A stretch of 64,000 bases of DNA from Pristiophorus japonicus (lineage: Eukaryota). Positions 51,114 to 63,800 of the stretch are shown here, one piece after another. Numbering within the stretch: position 1 is the stretch's first letter; each line of letters opens with the position of its first letter. Location: the NCBI RefSeq assembly GCF_044704955.1, contig NC_091998.1, forward strand, positions 44,640,001 through 44,704,000, in the 5' to 3' direction. Made by a program: the position numbers and the translations under genes. The notes under the pieces are model-generated. The model saw only the letters and a list, made by a program, of their open reading frames with translations. It ran no database searches and was not told the origin of the DNA.

Positions 51114-51640
51114 TATAATAGTGTGAGAAAGTGTGAGATTATTCACTTTGATGCAAAGAATAGAAAAATAGAATATTTTTTAAATGGTGGGGAAATATTA
51201 AGTATCGATGTTCAGAGGGATTTGGGTGCCCTTATACACGAAACACAGAAGGTTAACATGCAGGTATAGCAAGCAATTCGGAAGGCAAATGGCATGTTGG
51301 CCTTTATTGCAAGGGGGTTGGAATACAAGAGTAAATAAGCCTTGCTAAAATTATACATGGCTTGGGTGAGACCACACCTGGAGTACTGTGTACTGTTTTG
51401 GTCTCCATACTTAAGGAAGGATATACTTGCGTTAGAGGTGGTGCAACAAAGGTTCACTAGGTTGATTCCTGGGATGAGAGGGTTGTTCTTTGAGGAGAGA
51501 TTGAGTAGAATGCCCTCTAGTTCTAGACTCTCCAACCAGCATCTACCCTGTTAAGCCCTCGAAGGATTTTATACGTTTCAATGAGATCACCTCTCATTCT
51601 TCTAAACTCCAGAGAAGATAGGCCCATTCTTACTCAATCT
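51114..51640 (+). mobile_element. Continuation of the fragmented CR1 (also 47640-47720 and 50204-50268), last about 130 bp inverted
   Basis: ORF carries VRPHLEYCVLFWSPYLRKD. 51512-51640 is the downstream CR1 sequence in reverse orientation. Confidence 0.8.
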
Positions 51641-52604
51641 TTCAGTATGACTTGCTCTTGTGCGCTTATGGTGGGGTGTATCCACTGGGTGGCAGCAGAT
51701 CACACAAATCTATGAGAAGGCACAATAATGATGTGAAATCAGAATACCGGGATGCAGAAATTGGGACCTGCAGTTTTCACAGTCTAAACTGCCTCTCTAT
51801 GTTCACTTATGGGAGTTTAACTGTGTCACTGTGTAAGCGTATGAATCTAACTGGCTCTCTTGCTGCTTCTGTGAAACAAACTAATTGCCTGTCTAAATTT
51901 AATTATTCACTTGATCTATGTAGTCCTGCAATTTCACATCTATACTTTATCGTTAGTGTTACTCTTAATATAGTTACCAAAGAAACAATTCTACTCTATT
52001 TACCTTGGTGCATCAATGTATACAAAAAAAATATAAGTGTATTGGGCTCATCATGATTTTCTCTGCCATTCACTCAGCCACATAATAAAGCATTCCTTCC
52101 AGTGTTCTCTCCCCCCTCAGTCTTATTCTTTCAGTTTGTCAGTCTGTGTTTTTCTGTGCAATCAGTTTGTTGTTCAGTATCTTCCTTCATTTCCTCACTG
52201 TCTCCATCTCTCTCTGTCTTGCACTCTGCGCAGTTAAACTGCAGTCTGTGTAATTAGGTCAGACTACAAACTCGCTTATCACAGTCAGGAAACACCACGT
52301 CATTGAGCAAGGTCACAACATCAATGCAGCAGAAATCCCTTACGATTAAAAATGTTCGCAGAGCGAAGACAGGAAAAACAAACAAAAATTAATCAACATG
52401 AATGCAGCGTTTAGCAGCAAGAACATGAATAAAAGGCCGTTTGAAATCTCAGCTTTGTCTGACCCGTACATATTGCTGCCCTAATATCTGTTTAGTAACT
52501 GCTCCTCTGCCATGATTGTTGCCTTGGTTCCAGTTGCCATTTTGTTTAAAACGGAAAGATTACTCTGATGCATGAGTCATTGTACCCCGTAGTGCTATAA
52601 CAAT

Positions 52605-52975
52605 AGCGACTTTCATTTCACGAAGGAAAATGTCCCTAAGCGCTTCGCAGGAGCGTAATCAAACAAAATTGGCAACAAGCCACAGAAGGATCTATAAGGA
52701 CGGATGACTAAAAGCTTTGTCAATGAGGAGGGTCTTAAAGGAGAGTGTGGTCGAAGAGATTTGCAAAGGCAATTCCAAAGATTACAGCCTTGACGCCTGA
52801 AGGCACCGGCATCAATGGTGGGGTGAATTACATTTAGGGATGGACAAAAGGCCACAGTTGAAGGAATGCAGAGTTCTAGGATGGTTGTAGGGCTGGATGA
52901 GGTTATTGAGATAGGGAGGGGTGATGCCATGGAGGGATTTGAACACTTGAGAATTATAAAATTGAGCCATACTAG
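52605..52975 (-). mobile_element. L2 LINE 3' fragment
   Basis: Peptides VFKSLHGITPPYL and AF...GCNLWNCL. Confidence 0.7.
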
Positions 52976-53146
52976 ACACAGAAACAAGCAGGAATATGTA
53001 TGGGGTGTATTTTTGTGAATACCTACTGTTCTTCAGCCAAATAGAAACATAGATATCTACAGCGCAGAAGGAGGCCATTTCAGCCCATTGTGTCCGCGAC
53101 GGCCGACAAAGAGCCACACGACCCTCGCTTAGCAGCCCTGAAGGTT

Positions 53147-54700
53147 ATTATCATCATCATAGGCAGTCCCTCGGAATCGAGGAACTCCTGAAGTGAGTTC
53201 TTTGGTGGCTGAACAGTCCAATACGAGACTCTGTCACAGGTGGGACAGATAGTCATTGAGTTAAGGGGTGGGTGGGACTGGTTTGCCGCACACTCTTTCC
53301 GCTGTCTGCGCTTGATTTCTGCATGCTCGCGGCGTTGAGACGCGAGGTGCTCAGCGCCCTCTCGGATGCACTTCCTCTACTAAGGGCGGTCTTGGGCCAG
53401 GGATTCCCAGGTATCAGTGGGGATGTTGCACTTTATCAGGGAAGCTTTGAGGGTGTTCTTGTAGTGTTTCCGCTGCCCACCTTTGGCTCGTTTGCCATGA
53501 AGGAGCTCCGAGTAGAGCACTTGCTTTGGAAGTCTCGTGTCTGGCATGCGGACTTTGTGGCCTGCCCAGCAGAGCTGATCGAGTGTGGTCAGTGCTTCAC
53601 TGGTGGGGATGTTAGCCTAAATGAGGACGCTGATGTTGGTGCGCCTGTCCTCCCAGTAATTTGTAGGATCTTGCGGAGACATCGTTGGTGATATTTCTCC
53701 AGCAACTTGAGGTGTCTACTGTACATGGTCTATGTCTCTGAGCCATACAGGAGGGCAGGTATTACTACAGCCCTGTAGACCATGAGCTTGGTAGCAGTTT
53801 TGAGGGCCTGGTCTTCAAACACTCCCTTCCGAAGGCAACCGAAGGCTGCACTGGTGCACCAGAGGCGTTGTTGGATCTCGTCAACGATGCCTACTCTTGT
53901 TGATAGGAGGCTCCCGAGATATGGGAAGTGGTCCACGCGCCGTGGATCTTGATGACTGGGGGGCAGTGCTGTGCGGTGAGGACCTTTGTCTTACGGATGT
54001 TTAGCGTAAGGCCCATGCTTTCGTACGCCTCAGTAAATACGTCGACTATGTCCTGGACTGCAGCTTCTGTATGTGCGCAGACGCAGGCGTCGTCCACGTA
54101 CTGTAGCTCAACGACAGAGGTTGGGGGGGGTCTTGGATCTGGCCTGGAGACGGCGCAGGTTGAACAGGTTCCCACTGGTTCTGTAGTTTAGTTCCACTCC
54201 AACGGGGAGCTTGTTGACTGTGAGGTGGAGCATGGTGGCAAGAAAGATTGAGAAGAGGGTTGGGGCGATGACTCAGCCCTGTTTGACCCTGATCCGGAAG
54301 TGGATGGATCCGTTGGTAAGGATCACGGATTGCATGTCGTCGTGGAGCAGGCGGAGGATGGTGACGAACTTTTGGGGGCATCCGAAACGGAGGAGGACAC
54401 TCCATAGACCCTTGTGGTTGACAGTGTCAAAGGCCTTTGTAAGGTCGAAGAAGACCATGTATAAGGGCTGGCGCTGCTTCCTGCGTTTTTCCTGTAGCTG
54501 CCTCGCTGCAAAAATCATGTCCATTGTACCCTGTAGGAGACGAAATCCGCACTGTGACTCCGGGAGGAGCTCCACGGCCACGGGAAGAAGACGGTTGAGG
54601 AGGACTCTAGCGACGACTTTCCCAGTGGCTGATAGCAGGGAGATTCCTCTGTAGTTGCCGCAGTCAGACTTGTCCCCTTTTTTAAAGATGGTCACGATTT
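53147..54700 (-). mobile_element. RTE-clade LINE, 5'-truncated (RT domain to (GAT)n tail)
   Basis: KKGDKSDCGNYRGISLLS, LPESQCGFR, FFDLTKAFDTV, VKQG, LQYVDD (degenerate YADD), HFPYLGS, LLYGSET. Tail GACTGCCTATGATGATGAT. Confidence 0.93.
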
Positions 54701-55539
54701 TGTCCACCCCACACAACTGCGACACCCCCTGCACCGCAGCATTCTACTCTCCACCCCAACCGGAGCCATGTGATCTCCTGGGAGGGGCAAAAGCCAGATA
54801 AAAACCCAGGCCAATTGGGGGAAAAAAATCCAGAAAAATTCCTCTCCGACCCATCCAGGTGATTGAAACTAGTCCAGGAGATCATCCTGGCCGCATTCGA
54901 TTCCCTGCAGTACTTACCATCGTATCTGCGCCAGCTACCAAGAGGTTATCCAGTCTAATCCCACTTACCAGCTCTAGGTCTGTAACTCTGCAGGTTACGG
55001 CACTTCAAGTGCCCATCCAAGCACCTTTTAAACGTGGTGAGGGTTTCTGCATTCACCACCCTTTCAGGCAGTTTATCACTTGCTCAGCGTAGTTGCCTTG
55101 CCTTCCTTCCCCCAGCCTTCAAAAACATTCTTAAGACATTTCTTGTCTGCTTTTGCTACTTCCTGGCCCATTTCCTACATTACAACAGTGACTACACTTC
55201 AAAATGTATTTCATTGGCTTCCGGTGATCATGAAAGGTGCTATAAAAATGCAAGCATTTTTTTCCCACTTTTTTGCCCTCACCCTGTAATGCACAGTGAG
55301 ACATCTTTGTACTAAAGTATTAAAGGGCCCATTTTCAGCCACTTGGTCAGTCCGTGTTACTTACCATCTGAGTTTTTTCTAGTTTACTTAAAGTTTAGTG
55401 CTGTGTAAAGTCAGGCTGCAGTACCAACGACAGTAGAGGCTGTTGAGATGGCAGAATCTCAACAGTGACTGGTGATATTTACCCTGCCCGTCTGGCAGAA
55501 AGCTGGTGGGTGGGCAGTTAAAAGCGCCCAGATGGTGTC

Positions 55540-56005
55540 AGCCTTGGCTCAGTGGGCAGCACTCTCGCCTCTGAGTCAGAAGGTTGTGGGTTCAAGACCC
55601 ACGCCAGGGAATTGAGCACATAAAACCCAGGTTGGCACTCCAGTGCAGTGCTGAGGGAGCGCTGCACTGTCGGAGGTGCCGTCTTTCGGATGAGATGTTA
55701 AACCGAGGCCCCTGTCTGCTCTCTCAGGTGGACGTAAAAAATCCCATGGCACTATTTCGAAGACGAGCAGGTGAGTTATCCCCGGTGTCCTGACCAATAT
55801 TTATCCTTCAATAAACATCACTAACAACAGGTTATCTGGTCATTATCAGATTGCTGTTTGTGGGAGCTTGCTGTGTGCAAATTGGCTGCCACGTATCCCA
55901 CATTTTAACAGTGACTACACTCCAAAAGTACTTCATAGGCTGTAAAGCGCTTTGAGACGTCCGGTGGTCGTGAAAGGCGCTATATAAATCCAAGCCTTTC
56001 TTTTT
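55540..56005 (+). mobile_element. Near full-length Deu-domain tRNA-derived SINE (SacSINE1-like)
   Basis: A box TGGCTCAGTGG and B box GGTTCAAGACC. Deu core CGGATGAGATGTTAAACCGAGGCCCC..ATCCCATGGCACTATT. L2-like tail GTGAAAGGCGCTATATAAAT. Confidence 0.9.
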
Positions 56006-57199
56006 TTTATTTACCTGCCCTGAAGCCAGCGGGAGCTGATTGTTCCTGATTGTAACTTGCTCTACTGAGCAGAGGGCAAGGATTCCTGCCAAAGCTTGCG
56101 GGATCCTTCTTTACAGATGTATGTCGGGACCCGATGATGTCACTGTCTTGGCTGTGTAGTTCAGCATTTTGTTGGTTTTGGTTATTACCCCAATTGCTTG
56201 GATACATTGACGACTCCTAAATCACCTTCAGTTTCATTCTTACCTATTTCAACACCACTCATGTCACCCGTTTCCTGTTTTGGTGTGCAATACTTACCAT
56301 ACAAGTTTAATTGGTCACTGTTCTGCCCACTCTCATATATTGTTTTGTAGTTCCTGAGCTGCCTCTCCTGGGGCTCAATTTTCCCCAGTGATTTACGCCA
56401 TTTTTTTGGCATGCGCACTTTTTTGGCGTATGTTAAAAAATGTAAGTTTCCCCAAGGAATGTGCGCCAGCGTAACTCAGTTAGTTACAATTTTTTTAGGT
56501 TGTTTTTTTTTTTGCGTCATAAAATATCCTGATGTCTGCGCCAGTTTTTCTCAATTATGTAAGTTTGCCCCAAAAACATTTATTCTAGGTCTACATTTGT
56601 GACCACTTCCGAAAAACCTTCTGGTGAGTTGAGAAAAAGCAGCGCACTTTGACAAATCGGCGCCATTGTTTTTCAGCCAGCAAAGATTTGGAGGGAGTCA
56701 AGAATACTTAAATATGCACAATAAAGATTCCATTTTTTTACCTTATAATGCAGTAAATGGAAGTTTGATGGAATTCTGTAAGTTTTCATATTTTTTCAAC
56801 CGACACGCCACCAACGAATGTCTGCAAATAGGGCTGAAGGGTCATAGCGTCGGCCGGCAGAATCGGTCCCATGCCCGGACACGGGCTCAAGGCTCAGGGC
56901 TCGGCTGCAAAAGAAGCCTGGGGGGGTAGGGGTGCTGTGGAAGGTGATCAGAAGGTATCAGAAACCTGCACTATGCATCAAATCAAGCCCGGGTGGGTGG
57001 GGGGCTGTGGAAGGCGATCGAAAGGCATCACAAGACTGCACTAATCATCAAATGTAGCCCGGGGGGTTCTCAATCACAGCGCCTGCTCAGACTTGGGTGT
57101 GCTCCATACAGACCTGTGGAGAGAGAGAACAAAGAACCTTGTCCTGCCTGCCTGCCATTTTGAGCTTCTTGCAAAGGTAAAATTTAATCACTGACAATG

Positions 57200-57980
57200 C
57201 CATACTTTGTGCAAACCTTTTGCATGATGGTACTGCGGAGGAGACAATTGATTTGACGTCATCGCATGAGGAACCTCAGAGCCCGTAGGGTGATGGGCAG
57301 GAGGCCTTATCCACATCAGGTATATCGAGACAGACATTCGTCCCTGCATCTGAGTGATGCAGACTGTGTCAGAAGGCTGTGTTTTCGCAAAGAAGCTGTA
57401 ACTGAGATCTGTGAGTTGGTAAAAGCAGACCTGCAAACTAGAAGCATCAGGAGCACCCATGATGCGTTCATCCTACGTGAGAGCGTGTTATCTGCCATGT
57501 TTCAGCAGCAGCCAAAAGGGCAGAGCTGGCTGCTGGGAGACAAAGGGTTCATGACGCCCCTACACGTAACCCGGAGAAGCTGACCGGGAATACAACATGT
57601 CGCACATTGCGACGCGCAGCATAATAGAGAGGACCATTGGCATCTTGAAATAGCGTTTCCGATGCCTGGACAATTCCGGATGCTACTTGCTATACTCCCC
57701 TGAGATTGTTGGTCAGTTCACTGTTGTGTGCTGCATGCTGCATTACTTAGCCATCATGAGGCAGCAGCAGATGGTAGTAGAAGACCCACCAGAGGTGAGA
57801 GTGGCTGATGATAATGATGAGGAAGATGCAGATGCCGAGGAGGAGGAGGAGGAGAACGAGGAAGCCATGCAACTACCTGAACCCGGAACACAACGGTGGA
57901 GGAGGGCAGGCTGTCATGCCCCTTTAACGATTGCTTGAGCCTTGTGCCAGCAGCTCATCCATGAATGCTTTGCTGCCTGA
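57200..57980 (+). pseudogene. Harbinger DDE transposase (HARBI1-like), internally deleted, with stops
   Basis: Motifs STHDAFILRES, WLLGDKG, YNMSHIATRSIIERTIGILK*RFRCLD and YSPEIVGQFTVVCCMLH. The HTH and first catalytic Asp region are missing between QTRSIR and STHD. Confidence 0.9.
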
Positions 57981-58559
57981 AGGCTCAGTTGCAACAATTC
58001 CACATGGACCATGTTTACTCTTTGGATCTGTTCCGTAATGTGGTCTTGTGTTAATGGAACAGATGATGGAAATGATTCTTGTTTACTTCAAAAGTTGTGT
58101 TAATAATCGAACAAATAATGGGAATGATTCTTCTTGAGTTCCAAAAGTTGTGTTAATAATGGAACAAATAATACAAATGATTCAGTTATAATTTAAAATA
58201 TATTTTATTCAAAAGTTTAACAAATATTTGTTTTTACTTAACTTAACTTTAATAAACATATTCTTGTATCAAACTTTAACGTTTTCACTTAAGTTCACTT
58301 ACAAACTTTAAGATCACTTACAAACTCTAAGATCACTTAAAAGCTTTAAGATCATTAACTTTTAAACTTGTAAATTTACATAACTTACAAAAAACTTTTA
58401 ATTTGAGAACTGTTAAAACACTAAACAATAATAACAACAACAACAGCAGCAAAGAAAGTCTGCACCTATCTTTCCTCCACCTTAGTCTAAGACCGCCTGC
58501 TACGCTTGGTCTTGGTGACTCCACCACCCCTACCCGCAGGCGGTGGCACAGTGTTTCTC

Positions 58560-60112
58560 TGGTTGGTACCAAGCTTATTCTTCCAAACATTTTGGGTAAT
58601 GCGCACTTCTTGATGGGGGTGGGGCAGGCGGTAATGTGGAAGGCCCGGCTTGGGTCTCTTCTGAGGCTGGTCTGGGGATTGGAGTGAAAGTGGCAGCTGA
58701 TTCTGTCAAACGCTGCGAGGTCTGGATGTGTTCCCTTATTGCAGCAGCTAACTCCAACATTCCCTGCCTCATGAACCCTGACAGTGTCTCAACTACCTGT
58801 GACATTCCCTCCCTCATGTTCGCCGACAGTGTCTCAGCTACCTATGACATGCCTTCTATCATGTTGAGCAACAGTGTGTCAACTACCTGCAACATTCCCT
58901 CCCTCATGCTCACTGAGAGTGTTTGAACTACCTGCGACATTCCCTCCCTCCCGTTCACTGACAGCGCATCAGCTACCTGCAATATTCCCTCCCACATGTG
59001 CACCGACATAGTTTCAGCTGACTGAGATAGTCCCTCCCTCATGTTCCCGGACAGCATTCCCATTTCTTGTGAGAGTGTTGTTACATCTCCCGACAATCCC
59101 AATACCTCCTCACCCACCCCACTGATGGTGTCCAGGAGTGATCGTTTAAGGTCAATGCTCTCCGCACTCATTGCCATCATGTGAAACACATCTGTTAGAT
59201 CCTGCACCTCAGGAGAGCACGGTCGAGCTCTCCTTCCCTTCCTCACCCTGGGTGTGGCTCACTGCATTCCACTGGGACCCGCAGCCTCGGACGGTGCGGC
59301 CCTGGTTGTGCCTTGCTGCACCCCACTGGAACCCATAACCTCGGATGGCGGGGCCTTGGATGTGCCTCACTGCACCCCACTGGAACCCATATCCTCGGAT
59401 GGCGGGGCCTTGGATGTGCCTCACTGCACCCCACTGGAACCCATATCCTCGGATGGCGGGTCCTTGGATGTGCCTCACTGCACCCCACTGGAATCCCCAG
59501 CATTGGATGGTGGGAAACCACTACTCAGGGAAGGGGCTGGCACCTCAATGGGTGGCACCTGCACCTCCTCCAAAGTGAGTACAACAGTGGGGGCTTCATC
59601 CATCTCCTCACCCTCACCTCCATGTTCTTGGTCTGGAAGGTGGGATTGGAAGATGTTCTCCTCTTCAGGCTCGTCCTCGTCTGTATCTTCTGCATCGTCA
59701 GGGTTGGCCTCAAGCTCCACAAAATATAACAGAACAGACAAATGGTTAGCAGCAGAGGAGGGGGCAGGGTGGCATGAGTAGGCTCACACAGCGCAGGCAA
59801 CAGGCTGATTTGAAGGACCACGATGAATGATAACACATTGCGTCAACCGAAGCATAGCTGAGGAAGACATCCCCATGAACCGAAGCATGGCTAGCCTGCG
59901 CAGTACTTAACATTTAGGAAAGCCAGACTGTGGAATTTGCAGGACTTACCCTCTCCCTCGAGTGTGGGCCCAGCTTGTGCAGTGATGGTTGCTTTTCTCC
60001 AGGCAGGACCCATCAAAGCAGCGACCCTCTCTTCCAAGGGTGTCAGTGGGTGCAGATTTGCCGTGCCTCCTCCTGTTTGAATTCTTTCTCGTTTGTTGTG
60101 TGCCACTTTCCT
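58560..60112 (-). pseudogene. Harbinger Myb/SANT-like partner gene, C-terminal exons
   Basis: Exon 60112-59950 (AG/GT flanks) encodes RKVAHNKRERIQTGGG..LTPLEERVAALMG, typical of the region after a Myb/SANT domain. An acidic segment and 54-bp and 45-bp coding repeats follow. Confidence 0.75.
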
Positions 60113-60169
60113 CTGCAAAGATGCTCATTACACACAGTACTCAGTCTGACCATTTATTATGAGTGTATC

Positions 60170-60848
60170 AACCTATGGCCTCATGAAGAATCTCCTGGCC
60201 CTGGCTAAACCAACAGAGAAATCCTACGAAGAACTGTATACGCTGGTTCGGAAGCACCTAAATCCTAAGGAAAGCGTTTTGATGGCGAGATATCGGTTCT
60301 ACACGTGTCAATGATCGGAGGGCCAGGAAGTGGTGAGCTACGTCACCGAATTAAGCTGCCTTGTAGGACATTGTGAGTTTGAGGGATTCCTAGAACAAAT
60401 GCTCAGAGACTTTTTTGTTCTGGGCATCAGACATGGCACAATCCTTTGCAAACTGTTGACTGTAGACACTGCGAATCTGAATAAAGCCATAACGATAGCC
60501 CAGGCATTTATGTCCACCAGTGACAACACCAAGCAGATTTCGCAGAACAAAGAAGTTTCGGTCAGTACTGTGCATAAAGTAACGTCGGTTTTGAGCAGAA
60601 ATGTACACGGCAGAATGTACACGCAGGCTGCTGTGGCCCGACCTCAGTTGACCCAGAGTCCGCCATCATCTGTTAATGCGAGGCAGTTAACACCCTGTTG
60701 GCGCAGCGGAGGTGATCATCGGCCCCATCAATGCCGCTTTAAGCACTATGCGTGCAATGGCTGCAGAACAATGGGACACCTTCAACGAATGTGCAGACGA
60801 GCTGCAAACCCTGCAGAGGAAGATTGGAGGAGGCAGAGGTGTACGGGG
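60170..60848 (+). mobile_element. Gypsy gag fragment (related to 7300-11744), opposite orientation, no LTR
   Basis: TYGLMKNLLA..KSYEEL..HLNPKESVLMARYRFY..MLRDFFVLGI..CNGCRTMGHLQRMC. Confidence 0.9.
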
Positions 60849-63800
60849 TGTTGTGTTCCTAACACAGATGAGGCTGCACACAGGGAGGTTAAAGTATCAG
60901 TGACCTCAGTCTTTTATTAAGACACTCCAGAGTAAGTAACAGGCCTTAGGGGCTGGCTTATGTACAGTGCTCTCAAGGGATGCTGGGATCCCTTGGGACT
61001 TCAGGGGATGTGCTCCCTGGTGGCAGAACATGGGAGTGCATGCTTTACAGATACACAACATCAAAGTCAAAGTGAAAACTATTTACAAGATGAGGCGGTC
61101 GGGAGCCTTTCTTTCCCTGGTGGACTGCCTCGGTACAAATGCCTGTTCTGGTGTGTTGGCTGTGCCCTCGCTGGCCTGGCGTGTTGTTGGCCCTGTAGGG
61201 CTGCTGGGTGAGCCTAGCCTTGCTGGGCTGTTGGGCGTGATGGTTTCGATTTCCTGGTCCGGCGTGGTGTCGTTGATCCTTTGGGTGTGTGTTGTGGGCT
61301 CGAAAAAGGTGGTGTCTGCTGTGGGTTGCTCAGGGCAGTCTGTGAACCGCAGCCTCATTTGGTCCAGGTGTTTTCTGCAAATTTGTTCATTGTCTAGTTT
61401 GACTACAAACACCCTACTCCCTTCTTTAGCTATCACCGTACCCGCGATCCAGTTGGGACCATGTCCATAGTTTAGCACATACACAGGGTCATTCAGATCA
61501 ATTTCCCGTGACACAGTGGCACGACCATCGTTTACATTTTGTTGCTGCCGCCTGCTCTCTACCTGATCATGCAGGTTGGGGGTGAACCAGCGAGAGTCTG
61601 GTTTTAAGTGTCCCTTTCATGAGTAGCTCAGCCGGAGGCACCCCTGTGAGCGAGTGAGGTCTCGTGCGGTAGCTGAGCAGTCCCCGGGACAGGCGGGTTT
61701 GAAATGGGCCTTCTGTGACTCGTTTAAGGCTCTGTTTGATTGTTTGTACTGCCCGCTCTGCCTGCCCATTGGAGGCTGGTTTAAACAGGACCGAGGTGAC
61801 AAGTTTGATCCCATTGCGGGCCATAAATTCTTTAAATTCGGCACTGGTGAAACGTGGCTCATTGTCACTGACCAGTATGTCAGGCAGGCCGTGGGTGACA
61901 AACATGGCCCTCAGACTTTCAATGGTGGCGGTGGCGGTGCTTCCCGACAATATTTCACATTCAATCCATTTTGAAAAAACATCCACCACCACCAGGAACA
62001 TTTTACCGAGAAACGGGCCCGCATAGTCGACATGGATCCTCGACCATGGTCTGGAGGGCCAGGACCACAAACTTAGTGGTGCCTCTCTGGGCGCGTTGCT
62101 CAACTGAGCATACACGCTGCATTGCCATACACAGGACTCTAAGTCATAGTCGATACCGGGCCACCACACGTGGGATCTGACTATCGCTTTCATCATTACT
62201 GTACCCGGGTGTGTGCTGTGGAGATCCGAGATGAACGTCTCCCTGCCCTTTTTGGGTAGCACTACGTAGTTACCCCACAACAGGCAGTCTGCCTGAATGA
62301 ACAGTTTGTCCTTTCGCCGCTGGAACGGCTTGATTAGCTCTTGCATTTCAACGGGGATGCTGGCCCAGCTCCCATGCAGTACACAGATTTTTACTAGGGA
62401 CAGCAGAGGATCTTGGCTGGTCCAAGTCCTAATCTGGCGGGCCGTGACAGGTGATTTATCATTTTCAAACGCTTCCATGACTATCAACAAGTCTGCGGGC
62501 TGTGCCACCATCAACAAGTTTGCAGACTGCGCCATTTCCACCCCCGTGGTGGATAATTGTAGCCGACTGAGAGCATCCGCACAGTTCTCGGTGCCTGGCC
62601 AGTGGCGGATGGTATAGTTATACTCTGATCGCGTGAGTGCCCACCTTTGTATGTAGGCTGGGGCATTAGTATTTATCCCCTTGTTTTCAGCGAAGAGGGA
62701 TATGAGGGGCTTGTGATCGGTTTCCAGCTCAAATTTGAGGCCAAACAGGTACTGATGCATTTTCTTTACCCCCTCTTTCTCAATCATGCTGTTGGCTCGC
62801 TCGGCTTTAGACAAGCTCCTGGAAGCATAGGCGATAGGTTGCAACTTCCCTGCAACATTAACTTGTTGTAATATACACACGACTCCATACGACAATGCAT
62901 CACATGCTAGCACGAGTCTTTTACATGGGTTATACAATACAAGCAGCTTGTTGGAGCATAAAATGTTTCTGGCTTTCTCAAAAGCAATTACTTGTTTTTT
63001 TTTCCCCATACCCAGTTCTCATCTTTACGCAATAACACATGTAGGGGCTCTAAGAGGGTGCTTAACCCCGGTAGGAAGTTACCAAAATAGTTGAGGAGTC
63101 CCAGGAACGACAGCAGCTCCGTGACGTTCTGTGGCCTGGACGCGTTCCTGATAGTCTCTGTCTTGGCGTCTGTGGGCCAAATGTCGTCCGCCGCGATCTT
63201 TCTCCCCAAAAACTCCACTTCTGTTGCCATGAAGACGCATTTCGACCTCTTCAGCTGCAGACCTACGCAATCCAGTCGCTGGAGGACTTCCTCCAGGTTT
63301 TGTAGGTGCTCGACGGTGTCCTGACCCGTGACCAATATGTCGTCCTGAAAAACCACTGTGCGTGGTACCGACTTGAGTAGGCTCTCCATGTTTCTCTGGA
63401 AGATCGCTGCAGCCAACCGAATTCCAAACGGGCATCTGTTGTAGATGAACAGTCTCTTGTGCATGTTGATACAGGTGAGGCCCTTCGAAGACTCCTTCAG
63501 CTCCTGCGTCATGTAGGCCGAAGTCAGGTCGAGCTTGGTGAACGTCTTGCCTCCTGCCAGCGTCGCAAATAGGTCTGCCTTAGGTAGCGAGTATTGGTCC
63601 TGTAGCGAGAAACAATTAATAGTTACTTTATAATCGCCGCAAATCCTGACCGTGCCATCACTTTTGAGTACTGGAACAATCGGGCTGGCCCACTCGCTGA
63701 ATTCCACTGGGGAGATGATGCCCTTGCGTTGCAGCCTGTCTAGCTCGATTTCCACTCTCTCCCTCATCCAGTGAGGTACCGCTCGCGCCTTGTGGTGAAT

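Larger units (their letters stand above)
56370..60150. mobile_element. PIF/Harbinger DNA transposon with two convergent genes, right part disrupted by Gypsy sequence
   Basis: Candidate left terminus GGGGCTCAATTTTCCCC. Transposase on +, Myb/SANT-partner gene on -, with an AT-rich region between them (58040-58440). Confidence 0.85.

Noticed and set aside
55540-55610. tRNA gene
   Set aside because: It has A/B boxes but no complete cloverleaf, and runs straight into the Deu domain and L2 tail, so it is a SINE head.
57200-57980. Host gene HARBI1
   Set aside because: It has a large deletion, a frameshift and a stop, and lies inside a transposon with its partner gene.
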